Below are positions 61,203 through 64,000 of a stretch of 64,000 bases of DNA, piece after piece. The notes under the pieces were generated by a model. That model saw only the letters and a list, made by a program, of their open reading frames with translations. It made no database searches and was not told the DNA's origin. The stretch covers positions 150,036 through 214,035 of the forward strand of contig JAEOSU010000080.1 in the NCBI GenBank assembly GCA_016840165.1. Direction: 5' to 3'. This DNA is from Promethearchaeota archaeon. Its GTDB lineage: Archaea; Asgardarchaeota; Lokiarchaeia; Sigyniarchaeales; SOKP01. Position 1 is the stretch's first letter; each line of letters begins with the position of its first letter. Made by a program: the position numbers and the translations under genes.

Positions 61203-62099
61203 CTAACCCCACATTGACTGCATACTATCAAGAGCGTTAATTTTTTTACCATTTTCAATAACCAAGGAGAAATCTTCATTCCATTCTTTATTAATAAATG
61301 AAATGATACGCTCTAATGGAGCCTCTTCATAATCAATCGTTTCTAATAATGTTTTATTCCCAATCTTGGTATTAATCTCAATATTACGCAACAAATTTAA
61401 ACGAGAAAGGATAAAAAAGGCTCTTTTTGACGCAGAGAAGAATTTTTGCATTTCTGTTTTAATAATGTTTTTTTTCAATTCTTTTTTTTCAGTCTCAAAA
61501 TCTAAAAGAGTATTCATCAAATCTTTATCAATATTATCAAATTTTGTTTTTTCATTTAATACCCTCATCATTTTAGCTATAGCTTTCTCTGTGTCTTGAG
61601 AGATTTTTTGTAAGAAATTCTGTTCGAGTGTAAGGTCTATCTCTTTTAAATTTATTCCTTCTAATTCAATTTGACTTTTTTCTGAATTAAGTTTGATAAT
61701 CAAGAAAATTTTCATTTTTTTTTTTAAACTTTCTTTTATGTTAAAATGGCTATTTTTTTTTTGTAATATTTCAATTCCGATTATCCATGAATGAAATTTA
61801 TCAAATGTATTTAAGGCTTTTAAAGAAACGCTGCATGGGCATCTAATATGTGCTCTTTCAGAATTGTAATCAATATTTTCATTTTGGATCAGATTTTCAT
61901 ATTCTGATAGAGAAACAAAATCTGTATAAAAGACAAATTCTTTTCTAAAATGGATTAACTCAGATAGTTCAACTAGGAACTTATTAACATCCTCTGTGAA
62001 TTCTCCAGAGACTATAATAGGTATTCTGTTTAGAAGAGAGTAAAATATTAACGATGCGTCTTGAAGTTTCAATGTCTCGAGAATTTTGAAAAAATTCAT
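61203..62099 (-). CDS. Hypothetical protein, cDENN-like
   Basis: IFYSLLNRIPIIVSG....V..FL..L and WIIGI resemble core DENN motifs. Confidence 0.55.
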   Translation of the reverse strand: MNFFKILETLKLQDASLIFYSLLNRIPIIVSGEFTEDVNKFLVELSELIHFRKEFVFYTDFVSLSEYENLIQNENIDYNSERAHIRCPCSVSLKALNTFDKFHSWIIGIEILQKKNSHFNIKESLKKKMKIFLIIKLNSEKSQIELEGINLKEIDLTLEQNFLQKISQDTEKAIAKMMRVLNEKTKFDNIDKDLMNTLLDFETEKKELKKNIIKTEMQKFFSASKRAFFILSRLNLLRNIEINTKIGNKTLLETIDYEEAPLERIISFINKEWNEDFSLVIENGKKINALDSMQSMWG

Positions 62100-62112
62100 T
62101 TTCTCACCTTTT

Positions 62113-63114
62113 TTACTTAATTACAAGCTCTCCTAATAGCGTTTTGATATCAAAAGTTCTGTGATCCTGTAATTCCGAAGCTTCTTTTATCAATTTATTA
62201 ATTTTTTTAGAAAATTGAGGAAGAATAAGACGAATCAAACCTAATCGTTGTTTAGATTTTCCAATTTCAGTGCTAAATATTGATTTTCCCAAACCATATA
62301 TAAATTGAAAGGAATTATCACAATCAAGTAAAATACTATCAGCATTCATTTTTTTTAATAACCAAGCACATCTATTTGCTGTTTGAAAAAGTGAGTAACT
62401 CATAGCGGAAATATTGTCTAACTGATATTTTGGAAATTCATTAGTTTTGTGTATTTTTGATGCAATGAATCCACCTTCAATAGTTATATAAGCATATTTT
62501 AAGTCAGGAACAGCAGTGTTGAAGTTATTTAAAACTTTTCTCAATTCAATTGATATTCTCTCCGAGAAACTCAATGAAAAAGGAGAGAGTCTATATTCTA
62601 GATCATCATTTTCCTTTATGCTGAAACCTTGAATAATACTTTGGATTTTTTGTTGATCGAATTGAATAAGTGGTGGTTTAAAAGTCTCACCAGATGTAAT
62701 CAGAGATGTTTTGATATTTCTTAAGCACTCACCTGTTTGTAAAAATATCCCTCCGAGATTAGTGTCTGGCTGAGCAGTGATTGCTATGAAATATTCATGT
62801 CTATTATCTATTATTCCTTGTTCAATTAATAAATTATTAAGTGAATGGTGTATTGGACTATTGAGCGGAGCTATTAAAATTTTAGCTTTTTTACCCTCAA
62901 TCAAAATATATTTTAAGTCATTAGGATGGAGATGGATACCTACATTGAAAATAGCGCTAGTAGCAGAACTAACATTGAAGATTTCATCTTTAGAAAACCA
63001 TACGCCTGAGGATTGAATTGGGTTTCCATCTCTTTGAGTTAATACAGCATTTTCTACTCCCTTTAACTGTTTGATTTGATCTAAGTGAATTCCAATTTTT
63101 TCATTTAAATCCAT
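62113..63114 (-). CDS. Tandem double Roadblock/LC7 protein
   Basis: GVENAVLTQRDG.PI / AYITIEGG.I; SAMS; ILIEG; NLG, RLGLI. Confidence 0.88.
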   Translation of the reverse strand: MDLNEKIGIHLDQIKQLKGVENAVLTQRDGNPIQSSGVWFSKDEIFNVSSATSAIFNVGIHLHPNDLKYILIEGKKAKILIAPLNSPIHHSLNNLLIEQGIIDNRHEYFIAITAQPDTNLGGIFLQTGECLRNIKTSLITSGETFKPPLIQFDQQKIQSIIQGFSIKENDDLEYRLSPFSLSFSERISIELRKVLNNFNTAVPDLKYAYITIEGGFIASKIHKTNEFPKYQLDNISAMSYSLFQTANRCAWLLKKMNADSILLDCDNSFQFIYGLGKSIFSTEIGKSKQRLGLIRLILPQFSKKINKLIKEASELQDHRTFDIKTLLGELVIK

Positions 63115-63452
63115 AATACGACCTTTTCTCTCTTTTATGTATTTGTATCATTTCATTCAAAATTAGATTTTTAAACTACGAAAATTTATAGAAATAACCT
63201 TCAATTAGAAAATAAAAAAATTTAAAATTCATAGTGCGTTTATATTTACTTAGTAATCGCATCTTTTCCGGTGTGAGCTTGGATTACGGTAAAAACCCGT
63301 TAGATGAAGAGTTGCTTCTTAGATGCGGTATAAAAAATGTAGTTATAATTTAATTAATTATAACTGAAAAAAGAAAAGTTAAGAACTCCAATGAAATTTA
63401 ATTCCAATTTTAAGTGAATTATCTTTCCTTGCGAAAAATTCCAAATAATTTT

Positions 63453-64000
<548 letters not shown>

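Noticed and set aside
2284-63016. Many short shadow ORFs in the ORF track (e.g. 2284, 5269, 12902, 29384, 45289, 53282)
   Set aside because: Antisense or out of frame within well-supported genes, with no motifs

Overview
AT-rich chromosomal segment of an Asgard archaeon, most likely Lokiarchaeia. This is inferred from the 16S 5' end, Roadblock, MglA-like GTPase, longin/DENN-like, V4R and EMC6-like genes, class I LysRS and archaeal r-proteins. It is mostly core information-processing genes: two Cdc6/Orc1, two TFB, RNase P proteins, tgtA, trm5, ABCE1, Rqc2, rpl3/4/23, rpl15e and rps17e. It also holds three tRNAs (two interrupted in the D-arm) and the start of a 16S rRNA. The most interesting signals are: (1) two unannotated box C/D guide RNAs, one predicted to target the 23S P-loop Gm2251 and one with an apparent three-guide architecture that targets H69 A1913; (2) a Trp-codon leader peptide with alternative hairpins upstream of trpB2, resembling an attenuator; (3) a dispersed Tad/Flp-like pilus system that includes a pilin with no class III leader; (4) a Roadblock x2 / cDENN-like / MglA GTPase operon; (5) a compositionally chimeric Zn-ribbon/HTH/Vsr-like nuclease ending in a PIP box; (6) several apparently catalytically dead paralogs (Cdc6, gamma-CA, Nif3). 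All calls come from reading motifs by eye; no searches were run.
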